Source of the DNA: the human T2T-CHM13v2.0 reference genome, Homo sapiens
Assembly: GCF_009914755.1 (NCBI RefSeq)
Contig: NC_060928.1
Direction: 5' to 3' (one strand)
DNA: 64,000 nucleotides
The notes below the pieces were generated by a model. That model made no database searches, was not told where the DNA came from, and worked only from the letters and a program-made list of their open reading frames with translations. Made by a program: the position numbers and the translations under genes. Numbering within the stretch: the stretch's first letter is position 1; each line of letters starts with the position of its first letter. Positions 29,700 through 44,000 of this stretch are shown here, one piece after another.

Positions 29700-30212
29700 T
29701 ATGCTTGAAAGCAATCATCTCATTCTCTTACTTAAAGGCCATTAACATGAATTACGAGAGTCTCTGTGGCCTGGATCTTACCTATTTCTCCAGCCATATC
29801 ATTTGCTACACCCTCCTCTGCTTCCTCCAGCCATTTGCTCTCTAGTCTCTGCGCCCTCAGATATATGGTGTTCCTTCTGCTCTAATTTACCGCTTCATCT
29901 ACTCCTCACCACTCACTCCCTTTGTCTAACTAAGGAGTGACTCAGTCTCACAGGTCTCAGTAGATAGCATTTCCTCAAGGAAGTCTTCCGTGTCCTGTCA
30001 AGGGGGTTAGATTCCTCTTCTAGCATCCTCTGCTTGCCCTATCAGCAGTATTCGCAGACTCTCGCAATTGCCTATTCACCTGTGTGTAGCCTCCCCTGTA
30101 TTGCACTCAATCAGAAAATAAGGCCATGTTTATACAGGACACTTTGTAACTCAGCACTGAGCATTATGCCTAGCATGCATTACACCATCAAAAATAAATA
30201 TTGAATAAATAA
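29700..30212 (+). mobile_element. L2 LINE 3' fragment
   Basis: 'catttcctcaaggaagtcttcc...tcagcactgagcattatgcctagcatg...aaatattgaataaat', the L2 3' end. Confidence 0.7.
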
Positions 30213-30274
30213 AACTGATTAGGCAAATTACATTCTACTTTTCTTTTTCTAAATGTTAGTTATTTTTAGGAACA

Positions 30275-30500
30275 TACACACATACAGACACACATATCTA
30301 CACAAATATATAGATACAAAATATACATTCATACACATACGTATACATACATACATGTATGCATATATATATGCATACATATATATGCATATATACATGC
30401 ATATACGATCAATAAAAATATGTAAGCACTGATGAATATTTCATATATATGTGTGTATATACACCCACCCACATATACAAACACACACACACATATGTAT
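30275..30500. repeat. (CA)/(TA)-rich low-complexity tract
   Basis: Alternating purine-pyrimidine runs such as 'atacatacatacatgtatgcatatatatatgc'. Confidence 0.8.
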
Positions 30501-33212
30501 GAATGAGGAGAAATGCCAACTTATTACCCTAGGTTTTACAAAAGTTTTGGCTACTTTGCATATAGCTCTAGCTTTTTTGTTTAATACTCTATGTTATAAC
30601 CAAATGAAACTGAAACAGCCTTGGATATACTTTTATGGGGGGGAAGTTTTAATTAAAAACCACAACTGGCCTCAAAGAAGTACAATTTTGTTAAAATTTT
30701 GCCCCATGATATATTCTAAATTAAAAATTAGTTTGCATGCATCTTTTACAAAGAGTTAGATCCTCCTAATGTAGAAAAGAGAGGGCAGAAAAAGGTCTAC
30801 TAGGTAGAGAAGAAAATGACCAGCAGCCTGCTCAAATTGCCTTAGTTTGGAGCTCTTCATGAGGTAGCTGGAGAAAAAGGCACTGCTCATGAAGTGGGCA
30901 GAGTGAAGGTTTTCATCATGTTACACGGTTTCCTTGTGTAGATCACCAGATCACAAGAGAGTCAGCTTTGGAAATTACTAATCAGTGCCAAAAGAGCACT
31001 GTTCCAAAATTAATATAAATTGCTTTAATATTTCTCCCTTCTATAAATTTATATTCATGCTGTAGGTTTGGACCTACTTTTGAAATATTCTTACAAAGGA
31101 AAGTTACCAACTCCACAAACTGTTTGTGAGAGTATTAGAAGTGCCAATTGAAACAGGAATGTAATAACACTGTGAAATTGCATTATCTGTCAAGTTTCTA
31201 AAGCTTATTCAGGTGCTTATTTAAACCCTTGGAACCTGGAGGGAAATGAACATGGGATGACTTTTCATTCAGGTTGCCATAACATTTCAGTACTGAAACT
31301 TCATAGTGGTCTACCAGACACCGAAAATAAGGTTTCGGCAGTAAAACAAGTGTCAACAAACCTCATGCTTCTGTGCAGAAATAGCAGCTACTAATAAGGT
31401 AACATCAGTACATTATAAATAATCCCTGAGACAGTCTCAAAAGGGGTCTACAGTATCAAACACGTGGAACAGAAATAGAGTAAAGACACCTTCGAGGCCA
31501 TCCAGAAATGCCAAAACAAGGTAGTTTATAGCACAGGCAGTCTGAAATATGCCAGTCAGCTCCAGGTGCCAACATCCACACTTTGGAGGAAATCACCAGG
31601 ACGTTTCATTATTTGATGGAACAAGCAGACAACAGGAATGTCTCAGTGTCAGTGCTTTTATTAAAAGAAATTCATATTCATCAACACATCTTAACTCAGT
31701 CAACAGTTTAAAAGTTGGAATGAAGCATGTCATTCAGGCCAGGAGGTCTTTGGTCCAAGTTAAACAAACTCAGAGAGAATGTCTGGTTACAAGAATGTGT
31801 GTTCTATAACCTAATAGGATTATGCTTTCTACATTAGAAATATCCAGGTGCTAAATTAATCTTGTAATTGTATTTTGAATAACTTAATAAGTAAATTTAT
31901 TCAGATTAGAAAAATACGGCATCAATATTTAAAAGCAAAACTGTATAACTGATTATGCTATTTAGAGGTTTATTTGTCCCACTAGACTTTGAGTTACTTA
32001 ATTGTATATACTATGTCTGGTAAAATATATGCCTCACATATAGTATATATTCAACCAATATTTGGTGAATAAATACAGATTGGACAAACACATTTACAAA
32101 TCTTTTCATCAGAATAGCTGATATTGCAATACACTGTCAAAAATATTTATCAGTTAACAAAAAAATAGGAAAATAAACCATCGATTTGTCAACCAATAAA
32201 AGGGTAAGGTTTTTCTGTAATAAAAATTAGCATATGGTGACAACAGTACATCAGCAAAAATGACAGAGTAAGAAATTAAAAATTCTGTCCCTCTATAAAA
32301 TAATGAAAAAAATGAGCAAAAAATATCAGAATCAACTTTTTTGGAACTCTGGAAATCAACTAATGGCTTGTGGCAACCCAAAGAATATCTATTAAAAGAA
32401 AAAAAGCAGTTGATTTATTTGCATTCCCAGTGCTAGAAGGAGCAAAATGATAACAATGGGGGTAAATTATAGCTTAGGCAAAAAACTTGGGAAGAAAGGC
32501 TGGAAAGTAAGATATCCTTAAGAGCTAGGAAAAGCTTCCACATTTTTCAGGGAATCTAAAAGGTCATGTACATGTTCAGCCTTGTGCACATTATCAGGAA
32601 AGACCTGATAAAGTCCTAGCTTCCCACCTCCTGATGACCTTGAGGCTCTATAAAATCAGAAAGTACTATCTGGAGGAGTGTTGAAGGTGTGCCCACCACA
32701 CACTCAGGGCTCCTTGGCAACTAATGGAAGATATTTTGTTTCCAAGTATTTAAAAAAAATCCCTGCTCTAACATTAGCTGACCACTAAGCTATATGATAG
32801 AGACTTCAGGGCCAAACCAAAGGGTAAAGACTTAGTAAGATTCGTTTAGAAAAGTCATCAAGTCAACAAACAATGGCTGCAATAAGCAGAAAGAACAACA
32901 AATCCTGGGGAAGCAAGAGAATCCAGTTTCCAGAGTTGCTACATTATAATATTGAAAAGGTACAATTTGCAACAACAACAGCCAAAAATGGGAATGCATG
33001 CAAAAGACAAGAAAGTGTGACCTATATATAGGCAAGGAGATAAATAAAACTGTGCCTAAGAAAGCCCAGAGATTGGACTTTCCAGACAAAGATTTTAAAT
33101 CAGCTAGTTTAAATGTGTTCACTGAGTTCAGTGAAACTATGTTTAAAGAACGTTTTAAAAGTATGAGAATGATGTCTCACCAAATTGAAATTACCAATAA
33201 AGAGATAAAAGT

Positions 33213-33493
33213 GGCTGGGTGCTGTGGCTCATGCCTGTAATCTCAGCACTCTGGGAGGCTGAGGAGGCAGATCACTTGAGGGCAGGAGTTTGAGACCAGC
33301 CTAGCCAACATGGTGAATCTCTGTCTCTACTAAAAATGTGAAAAATTAGCCAGGCATGGCAGTGCAAGGCTGTAATCCTAGCTACTCAGGAGGCTGAGGA
33401 AAGAGAATCTCTTGAACCTGAGAGGCAGAGGATACAGTGAGTCAAGATCATGCCACTGCACTCCAGCCTGGGCAACAGAGCGAGACTTTGTCT

Positions 33494-33523
<30 letters not shown>
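33213..33523 (+). mobile_element. Alu (Sx/Jb-like) nested in L1M ORF1
   Basis: Full Alu body, long poly-A, then (GA)n. Confidence 0.95.
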
Positions 33524-33527
<4 letters not shown>

Positions 33528-34817
33528 AGAGAGAGAGAAAATTTATGAAAGGAGACTTTATAAATTTGGGGGTTCCAAAGTAAAATAACTAAAATGAAAC
33601 ATTCAGTCTAAAAAGCCGTAACAGCAGACTTGAGCAGTCCAAAGAAATAATCAGCAAACTTGAAGACAGGTCAATTCAGTCTGAAAAGAAGAAATAAATA
33701 AGAATAAAGAAAAATAAACAAGGCCAAAAAGCCCCACGGGACACCATCAAGCATACCTACATATACATAATGAGAGTCCCAAAAGGAGAAAAAAAGGCAA
33801 ACGTCATTAAAGAAATGATGACCTAAAACTTCCTAAATTTGTTAAAAATATTGCTTCTATCCAAATATTTTTATAAACTCCAAGTAGAATAAATTCAAAA
33901 AATCCATACCTAGACACATCACAATCAAACTGTCAAAAGTTAACGAATCTTAGAAGTAGCAATAAAGAAGCAACTTAACATATACAACAATACGACTAAC
34001 AGTTGATTTCTCATCAAAAACCATGAAGTTTCAAAGGCAGTGCTACAATATATTCAAAATGCTAAAAGAAAACAAAACAAAAAATACCACCAGCCAATAA
34101 TTCAATTCTGTAACTGGCAACACTATTTTTCAAAATGAAAGAGAAATTAAGATCTTCTCAGGTAAACTAAAACTGAGGAAGTTCACTGCTTACATAACTT
34201 TACAGAAAGAAATGCTAAGGTCCTTCAAGCTTAAATGAAAAAGTAACTGACAGTAATTCAACTCAAGAAGAAATATAAAATGCTATTAAAAGTAACTACA
34301 AAAGTAAATATACAGAACAATATAAATGTATTTTTGTTCATAACTCCTTTTCTCTGTCTGACTGGAAAGACAACTGTATGAAGCAACAATTATAAATTAA
34401 TTTAATGGGCCCATAATATATAAAGATGTAATATGTGATAATAACAGCATAAAAGTCAGGCATATATTGGAGCAAAGTTATTCTATACTATTGAAATTAA
34501 GTTGGTATTTATCCAAAGTAGATTGCTATAAATTAATATGTTAATTATAATCTTCAAGGAACAATGACTCAAAATAGTATGGCAAAAGAAATGACAAGGT
34601 ACACTAGAAGATATCTTTTTTAATATAAAGAGAAGACTGTAATGGAGGAATTGAGGGAAAAAAATAAAACAACATATATAGAAAACAGATATCAAGTGGC
34701 AGAAGTAAATCTTTCCTTACCAATAATTATATGAAATATAAATGGGTTAAACTCTCCAATTGAAAGGCAAAGATTGGAAGAATGGATTAAAAAACATGAT
34801 TCAAATATATGTTGTCT

Positions 34818-35118
34818 TAGATGCAGCTGGAGGCCATTATGCTTAATAAATTAACATAGGAACAGAAAACCAAATACTGCATGTTCTCACTTATAAGTGG
34901 GAGCTAAACACTGGGTACTCATGGACATAAAGATGGCAACAATAGACATTAAGAAGGGGGAAAGGATTGAAAAACTAACTATTGGATCCTGTATTCACTA
35001 CCTGGGTGACAAGATCAGTCATACTCCAAACCTCAGCGTCATGCAATATACCCACATAGAAAACCTGCACATGTAACCCCTGAATCTAAAATAAAAGTTG
35101 AAATTATATTTAAGAAAA
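34818..35118 (+). mobile_element. L1PA15/16-like 3' fragment nested in L1M
   Basis: 'gcagctggaggccattat...aaacctgcacatgtaacccctgaatctaaaataaaagttgaaa'; 16-bp TSD 'caaatatatgttRtct' at 34802-34817 and 35119-35134. Confidence 0.88.
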
Positions 35119-38100
35119 CAAATATATGTTATCTACAAGAAACTCAATTAAGATTAAAATACACAAATTAGTTGCACGTAAAACAAGTAAAATAATGGAA
35201 ACTTATATTCCATGAAAGCAGTGCTCAAAAGAGAGCTGGAGTGACATACTAGTGTTGAACAAAATACAAGAAAAAAAATGTTGTTAGAATAAAGGAAGAC
35301 ACTACATAATAAAAGCATACATTAATCCAGAAGATGTAAAAATTATAAATATATGTGGACCTCAAATCATAGCCCCAAGATATATGAAGCAAAAACTAAA
35401 ATAATTGAAAGGAAAAACTGCCAATTCAACCATAATGATTAATACTTCAATACCCCATTTTCAATAACATATAGAGCAACTATACATAAAATCAGCCAAA
35501 AAAAAAAGACTTGAAAACACTATGTATCAACTAGGCCTAAAAGACATCTCTAGAACCCACCAAAAAAACAACAGCAGATACACAGTCTTCTCAAATACAC
35601 ATAGAACATTCAGTAAGACAGACTATATGTTAGGATGCAAAAAAAGTCTGAAAAAACTTAAAAAGATTTAAATCCTACAAGTATGTTCTGTGACCACAAT
35701 GGAGTAAAATTAGAAATTAAAACAGAAGAAAATTTGGAAAATTCACAAATATGTGAAAATTAAACAAGAAGAAATAAAAACGAAAATGAAAATAAAAAAT
35801 ACTGAGGAGGATGAAAACCAAACACATCATATCAAAATGCATGGGATTAAATAAAAACAATGCTCAGAGGGAAATATATAGCTGCAAATGCCTTTCTTAA
35901 AAAGAAAATAATCCCAAATCAATTGCCCATCCTTCCACGTTAAGACACTTGGAAGGAAAAACTAAATCTGAAGGAAGTGTAAGAATAAAATTTAAAAAGA
36001 TTAAACCATCAATGAATGAAATAGGGAACAGGAAAAAAGCATCAATATTAAAAGTTGTTTATTTGAAAATGTCAACAAAATTGACAAACACACTGGAAAA
36101 ACACAAAAATATCTAGATCGACAAAGAAGACTCAAATTACTAAAATTAGGAATTAAAACATTATTACTTATGTTACAGAAATAAACACGATTATAAGAAC
36201 ATACTAAGAACAATGATATTCCAAAAAATTATGTAACCTAGATAGAGAAATTTCTAGAAATATTTCAAATACCAAATCTGACTGAAGAAGAAATAGAAAG
36301 TCTTAATATGCCTAAAATAAGTAAAGAGATTGAGTTAGCATTCAAAATAATTCCTTAAGAAAAGATTATACACAACAACCAAGTCAGATTTATCCCAGAA
36401 ATGCCAGATTGATTCAACATACAAAAATGAAACAATATAATATACCTTATTAATATAATAACAGAATAGCATACTCATCTCAATTGTACAGAAAAAACAT
36501 CTGACAAAACCTAACACTTCTTCAAAAACACCAATGCTATGAACAAAAAGGAACCTTCTCAATACGATAAACATTATCTATACAAAAATCACAGCTAATA
36601 TCATACTTAATAGTGAAAGACCGAAAGTGTTTTCTCTTCTAATATCAGAAACAAACAAGCATATCCACTCTTGCCATGGTACTAGAGATAGCAAATTAAG
36701 TCAATTTGGCAAAGAAATCAATGTGGCCATAGTAGAAAGGTAGTAAATAAAACTAACTCTATATGCAGATGAGTGATACCTACCTATCTATTCAGATAGA
36801 TAGCTATGCATTTAGATAGATATATTTATACATATCAATCTATATCTATCTGTTGATTGATCAGTAAATATATCCCTGAAGAATTTCCTAAAATATATAT
36901 TACAGCTAATAAGGTGAGTTTAACAAAATTGCAAGATACATGATCAACACAAGGAAAATTAGTAGCATTTCTATATATTAGTTATGAACAATGTGAACAG
37001 TGAAATTATGAAAATCATCCCATGGCATCAAAAATAAAAAAATGCTTAGAAATAAAATCAACCTAAAAAGTGCAAAAAATATGCATTAAAATTACAGAAT
37101 ATGGTTGACAGAAATTAAAGATCTAAATTAAGAAGATATTTCATATTCATGGAAGACCTAATATTGTTAACATGGTGATACTCCTTAAACTGATCTGCAG
37201 ATTCAAGGAGAGTCATATCAAAATTTCAGCCACTTTTATTGATAAATGAATGAGTTGATCCTAAAATTCATATGGAAATGGACACAGAATAGCCACAACA
37301 ATTCATTGAAAAGAAAAACAAAACGAAGATCTCACACATCCTGATTTCAAAACTTACTAGTACAAAGCAATGATAATTAAGACAATATGGTGCTCACATA
37401 AACATATATCTATAAAATAGAATTGAGAGTATATTTTTTGACAGTGATACAAAGACCATTCAACTGGAAAATAATAGTCTTTTCAACAAATGGTACTAGG
37501 ACAATTCATATGCAAAATAATAAATTTAGTCCCCTACTAAACATCATATGTAAAAGTTGACTCAAATGGATCAAAGATTTGAATGTAAGGGTAAAACTGT
37601 AAAACTCTTAGAAGAAAACGCAGGTAAAACTCTGTGTTACTTGGATTGCACAATGATTTTTTTTTAAATATGACACTAAAAGCAAAGACATAAAAAATAA
37701 ATTAGATTGTATAAAAATTAGACTTTCATTTTTCAAAGGACATTATAAGAAAGTGAAAAGACAATTCACATTCTGGGAGAAAATATTTGCAAATCATATC
37801 TCTGGCAAGGGCCTAGTGTCCACGCTATATAAAGAACTATTACAACTCAACAATAAAAAGACAACCCAATTTTAAAATTGGCAAAAAGTTTGAATACACA
37901 TTTCTCCAGAGAACATATACAAATGACCAGTAAGCACAAGGAAAGATGTTCCACACTGTGAGTCATTAAAGAAATGCAAATCAAACCACAATAAGCTCCC
38001 ACTTCATGCTTACTAAGAGGGCTATCTTTCAAAAAAGTAATGTGTTGGTAAGGATGCGAAAAAATTGGAACTCTCATACATCACTGGTGGGTATGTGTAA

Positions 38101-38490
38101 AATGGTGCAGCCACTTTGGAAAACAATTTGGCAGTTCCTCAAAACTCAAAAAGCTAAACGCAAAATTACCATGTGACCCAGAACTCCTAAGTATATATCC
38201 ATGAGAATTACAAGTATATGTTCACATAAAAACTTGCAAGTGAATATTCATAATGACATTAATACTAGTAGCCAAATGTGACAGAAGCCCAAATTTCCAT
38301 CAGTTGATGAATGAGTACATAAAAGATGATATCTATACAATGGAATATCTTTCAACTATAGAAAGAAATGAAATGGTGTTACGTGCTACAGCATGAATGA
38401 ATCTTGACATTATGCTAAGTGAAAGAAGCTACACAGAGTAAAACATATTGTATGATTTCATTTACATGAAATGCCCAGTATAGGCAAATT

Positions 38491-38618
38491 CTTTCTTTCA
38501 TAACTTTATCTTTCAGAGCAGTTTCAGGCTCATAGAAAAATTGAACAGAAGGTACAGATTTCTCATACACCTTCTGCCCCCACAAATGCATAACTTCCCC
38601 ATTATCAACACCTTCCAC
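38491..38618 (-). mobile_element. L1MC 3'-end fragment
   Basis: 'gagcagtttcaggctcatagaaaaattgaacagaaggtacagatttctcatacacc' is the antisense of the L1MC end seen at 48755-49245. Confidence 0.7.
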
Positions 38619-38661
38619 TAGACCCCACCTCCTAACACCTCCAAGTTGAGAATCAAATTTC

Positions 38662-38973
<312 letters not shown>

Positions 38974-40423
38974 TGACTTTTAGTGGGGATAAACAAACCG
39001 TTTCCTAACCATAGTCACTTTATATGATACTTAGCTTTGTATTGAGTGTTAAAAAATATCCTACCTGAGTCAGCTAATCATAAGAATAACATGAGATAGC
39101 TAAAAAATCTTTTTCTTTTAAATGGAAAAGTGCTATGAAATTATAAGCTTAAATTCTATTGTGTAAAGTTAATCAGTTCAATAATCTCATTTATCCCCTT
39201 TTTTACTTCTGACAATACTATATTATATTGTGTATGTTATATATTCCTCCCCAGCATTGTGCTGATTGGTGCTTTCTTAGTTTTTCTTATAAAAAGATAA
39301 CTAATAATAGGTTATTGAGATGAACATGTAAAGAATAATTAATTCCAATCATTAAACTGGCCAAACTTAAAAGTAAGAATTTTATATATCTATGTTTTCA
39401 AACTACAATTAGATAATTTTCTGTCAATTTTTTGCTTTTTTCTCCTATGGGAGCAAAGCAGCATGAAACATGGTTGTTTACTCTGACACTTGGAAAGGCA
39501 ACTGTGCCTATCTATAAAACTACTTCAATGTTTAAATATTGGTATTTTACAACTAAATTAAAAGAAAATTAGAATCACTGTGAAACTAATGCCTATTTAT
39601 TTTAAAAGTTAGGGCAAGTGAGCAATATATTTTTACAATCCAATGGCAATGTCATACTATTATAGTGCAAAGAAACTTTTATAAAATTAAATGCTTAAAA
39701 TTTAGGGAAACCAATTATTAACTCAATGTGCCTGTATATATTTATTTGTCCCATGGTTGGGGCCTTAAAAATCAGCTAAAAACAAGCTCAGTCCTCTATA
39801 TCCTCACTATTCCAGGTTGTTTTTTCACAGAACTGAGATTTCCTATCCCTGTGAACCACTCAGCTCCCATTTTGAGGAGTCATTTTGCACTACCTTTTGT
39901 ATATTGCTGTCATCTAAAATAGCACATACTCTGGGAGCTGATAACATTTCACTGGTCATAGTTAATGTTTGCTATGCCTACCAAGCTAAACACAACACAT
40001 AATTATAAAATCACGGGTTAGGTAGGCAGGAATTTCTATTTTAAGCACATTATCTAAAAGCTTTCAAAATCGGCCTCTTGAATACCTCTATCTGAGTTCT
40101 CCTTGTTTTCCCACTCCCATTCATAGATCTCCTGGCAGATAAGATGAAATGGAAGTAGGGAAAACTGAGTAGTGAGAGTTAGCAAAAATCACGTGAAAAT
40201 ACATCATATTTCTGTCTCAAATCCAATTTTCTGCTCTTCCCGCCACCTCCCTTCATCTCACCCTCCAACATCACTAGGCTCATTTTATACAGGAGAAGCT
40301 TCCTCTTTTTGAAGTCTGTTTTTTGTCTTCCTAATTAAATGGAATTTTGCTGAAACCTTGGAAAGTAAGTACAATATGAATATTCTAATTAAAATGTCCA
40401 GAATAATTTTCTCGAAGTTATTT

Positions 40424-40734
<311 letters not shown>

Positions 40735-41182
40735 TGATAATAGCTACAATAATTATGGAAAATTCAAATATTTATTGCATTAACTTTTGAAATAAATCTT
40801 TCAGTCTTCATTGAATCTTTTAAAATTTTTGTTTGTTTAAAAACATCTGGTGAGTGAAGTCAAGTGTTTCGTAGGTTTCAAATGAATTGTGCCTGTTTCA
40901 TACATTTTCGTGGCAAAGTTAGTTTTTGGTGTGTTATTTTTCCCTCAAAATGTGAATATAAGCAATGGTCACATATCAATTTAACTATTAACATAACAGA
41001 GCTTTCCAACTTGTCTGCTAAGTTTAGATACTTGTTGCCTCATTTACTCTTCTTGGAGACACAGGCGTAGGAAGCCTTGGATACATGTTTCCCAGGCCGT
41101 CCTTGACAGGATTCTGATTTAGATTCAGCAAGTGAGGAGAACATGAGCAAAGTTTTGAAAATGGAATGGAAGCCTAAGCTAT

Positions 41183-41890
41183 TGTTAGCTGTGGTGAATC
41201 CATACGGGTCTGTAGCAACCTCAATTCTTGCCTCCTCAGAAGGAAGAATTCGACTGAGGAGCATAAGGCAGAGTGAGAGACCACAGCACATTTTAGAGCA
41301 GGAGTGGAAGTTTATTAAAAAGCTTTAGAGCAAGAATGAAAGGAAGTAAAGTACACTTGAAAGAGAGCCAAGAGGGCAACTTGAGAGATTCAAGTGCGTG
41401 GTTTGATCTTTGACTAGAGGTTTTATGTGTTGGCGTGCTTCTGGGGTCTTGTGTCCCTTTTCCCCCGATTCTTCTCTTGGGGTGGGCTGTCTGCATGTGC
41501 AGTGGCCTGCCAGCACTTGTGAGGGACTGCATGCACAGTTTGTTTACTGAGGTTGTACACATGCTCACTTGAGGCGTTCTTCCCTTACCAGTGGAATGTT
41601 TCTAGAAGGTCATATACCAGTTAAGCTCTGCCATTTTGTCTCTTAGTGCACATGCTTGAGCCCACTTGCCCAACTTCTGAGATCTTATCAGGAAGCTGCT
41701 GATCACCAGTTTCAGGTTTTTTCTATCTATTGGGAGACTGTCTTTCTCTGGTGCTGGCTACAACCAATCACTATTTTAGAGACGGTTTAACAACCGCCTG
41801 ACCATCACTTGATGGTTGCCTAACATTCCTGGTGGGGGTAGTGGGGCCTCTCCTGTCCTGCTCATGTCTGACTAGTTACCTACTGTAACA
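41183..41890 (-). mobile_element. MER50 ERV1 solo LTR
   Basis: 'aatccatacgggtctgtagcaacctcaattcttgcctcctcagaa' ... 'ctagttacctactgtaaca'; TG..CA ends; 4-bp TSD 'ctat' at 41179-41182 and 41891-41894. Confidence 0.9.
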
Positions 41891-42082
41891 CTATCACTTC
41901 TTCATTTTCTGCCTGAAGCAAATCTGGAAGTCTCATGGTATTCAGCACACTTAGGGCTGTGCCTTGAGTGGCCTCTGGGTGTTTCCCTAGAAACCATCTA
42001 CCCGATGACTTACTTCAGAATACTGTGGGCAACAGCAGCTGTTTCCTGCAGTAACCGATTGGGGTAGCTCTGCCACCTTTCT

Positions 42083-42264
42083 TTTTTATTTATTTGTTTA
42101 TTTATTTTTTATTATACTTTAAGTTCTGGGATACATGTGCAGAATGTGCAGGTTTGTTACAAAGGTATACATGTGCTGTGGTGGTTTGCTGCACCCATCA
42201 ACCTGTCATCTAGGCCAAAAAAACATAAGAAAAAAAGCTCATCACCACTGGTCATTAGAGAAAT
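42083..42264 (-). mobile_element. 182-bp L1PA7/8-like insertion with 5' inversion
   Basis: 16-bp TSD 'gctctgccacctttct' at 42067-42082 and 42265-42280; antisense L1 3' end to ~42213, then a sense ORF2 piece 'ggccaa...agctcatcaccactggtcattagagaaat'. Confidence 0.92.
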
Positions 42265-42662
42265 GCTCTGCCACCTTTCTAATCACCCAAAACCTGAGAA
42301 AGCCTGAGAGCTAACTGCTGTCCTTCCTTATATTTGGTTCTCCACCCCTCCCATTACCTTTAGAAGCATCTAACTCCCCATACCCTTTGCTTCTTGAAAT
42401 AACTAGCGTGTTTTCTGTTTTTATGACTGAACCTTGAGTAATGAAAATAGATACATGTTCTAATAATTACTATCTTGAGAGATTTTTGCTTTTATTCTAG
42501 AGATAGCATTGCTTAAAATATTTTTTTAAATAATAGCTTAAACAAATATCTCAGTCTTTGAATAATCTTGATGGAGTTGTCAGAATTCCCTCAGAGTGTG
42601 CGTTTGATATATGAAAACAGGTAGGAGCTGCTTAACGTAAATTGCTAAATAAAGTAGGTCAT

Positions 42663-43024
42663 TGTTGGGTGCTGAATTGAGCCACCCCACTCCCCAAAAT
42701 TCAAATGGTGACCTCCTAACCTCCAGTACTTCAGAATGTGACTGTATCTGGAGACAGATCTTTAAAGTGGTAATTAAGTTAAAATGAAGTCACTATGGTG
42801 AGCCCAAGTCTGATATGACTGGTGCCCTTATCAGAGATTTTTACACACACACACACAGAGGGAGACAGCTGTCTACAAGCCACAGAGAGAAACCAATCCT
42901 TCAGACACCTCAGTCTCAAACTCTCAAACTTCCAGCCTCCAGAACTGTCAGAAAAAAAAGTTTCTGTTGCTTAAGCCACCCAGTCTGTGGTACTTTGTTA
43001 TGGCAGCCCTAGCAAGAAAATATA
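42663..43024 (+). mobile_element. MLT1B-like MaLR solo LTR
   Basis: 'cagtacttcagaatgtgactgtatctggagacag...ttaagccacccagtctgtggtactttgttatggcagccctagca'; 5-bp TSD 'gtcat' at 42658-42662 and 43025-43029. Confidence 0.9.
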
Positions 43025-43949
43025 GTCATCAGCCGAATAATTCTATTTTGGATATAAAACTATATGTGACTTTAAGGCATTAAACTTCATTTATAAAATA
43101 TCTCTAAGGATAATTCTACAAGAGATGTATGGGCATAGATTACAGAAAGACCATTATGTAAGGAAAACCTCCCAAGATAAACTATGGTGGCAGAAACAAC
43201 ATTTATTTAAATGCCATTATAGAAAGGTTATTTTAAAATTTCATATAGGGAATATATCTATATTCTTTATAGATAATATGTTACATTTATATATAGATGT
43301 AACTATATAAATACATATACATATATATAAATATAAATATATGTTACATCTATATATGCATAACATAAATTACTATATCTTCATCCATGGAATACAGGGA
43401 CCAGAAACAGAGCAATATTTAAAACTCAGCCAATCACAAGGGGATTGGATGAAAAAGAATGTCCAGAAGCCTGAGAGCTTCTGGCTCTTAAGGGTGATAT
43501 CTATCTCTGCTTTCTTATTCCATGATTCAAGAAAAATGAGGGCATGGCTTTTTTATTCCATGTCCTGAGTCTTGTCTCTGCCTCCATGGGGTGCCCCTCT
43601 CCTGAATTTCTAATTCTCCTTTTGTAGTTTCCCTATAAATACATAAACTGACACACATATAGAATGCTTAATACATATAAGGTAGTGTATCATTACATTT
43701 TAAGGTAATTTCTTCTTAGTACATAAAAATCTGCCTTTTCATGGAGATGCTTTATAGATATACCATAACTGTTTAACTAATGAACTATTGCTGGACATTT
43801 TTACTTTTTCTACTCTTTTACTATCATCAATAAAGCTTTAATAAATAATTTTTATAATTGTCACTTTTAAAGTAAATGAGAATATCTGTAGATTAAATTC
43901 GAAAAGATGATGGACCAATGAGTATGTATATAGAGAGAGGGTAGAGGAA

Positions 43950-44000
43950 AGAGAGAGAGAGAGAGAGATGATGATGATGATAGATAGATAGATAGATAGA
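43950..44000. repeat. Compound microsatellite (GA)n(GAT)n(GATA)n
   Basis: Directly visible in the sequence. Confidence 0.9.

Larger units (their letters stand above)
32235..38490 (+). mobile_element. Near full-length ancient L1M (L1MB-like 3' end), ORF1/ORF2 decayed
   Basis: 5'UTR-like start ('catcagcaaaaatgacagagtaag...cagaatcaactttt'), then ORF1-like (~33000-34300), ORF2-like (~34740-38300) and 3'UTR ('atgaatcttgacattatgctaagtgaaagaagc') in colinear order; A-rich sense strand; many stops and frameshifts. Confidence 0.88.
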
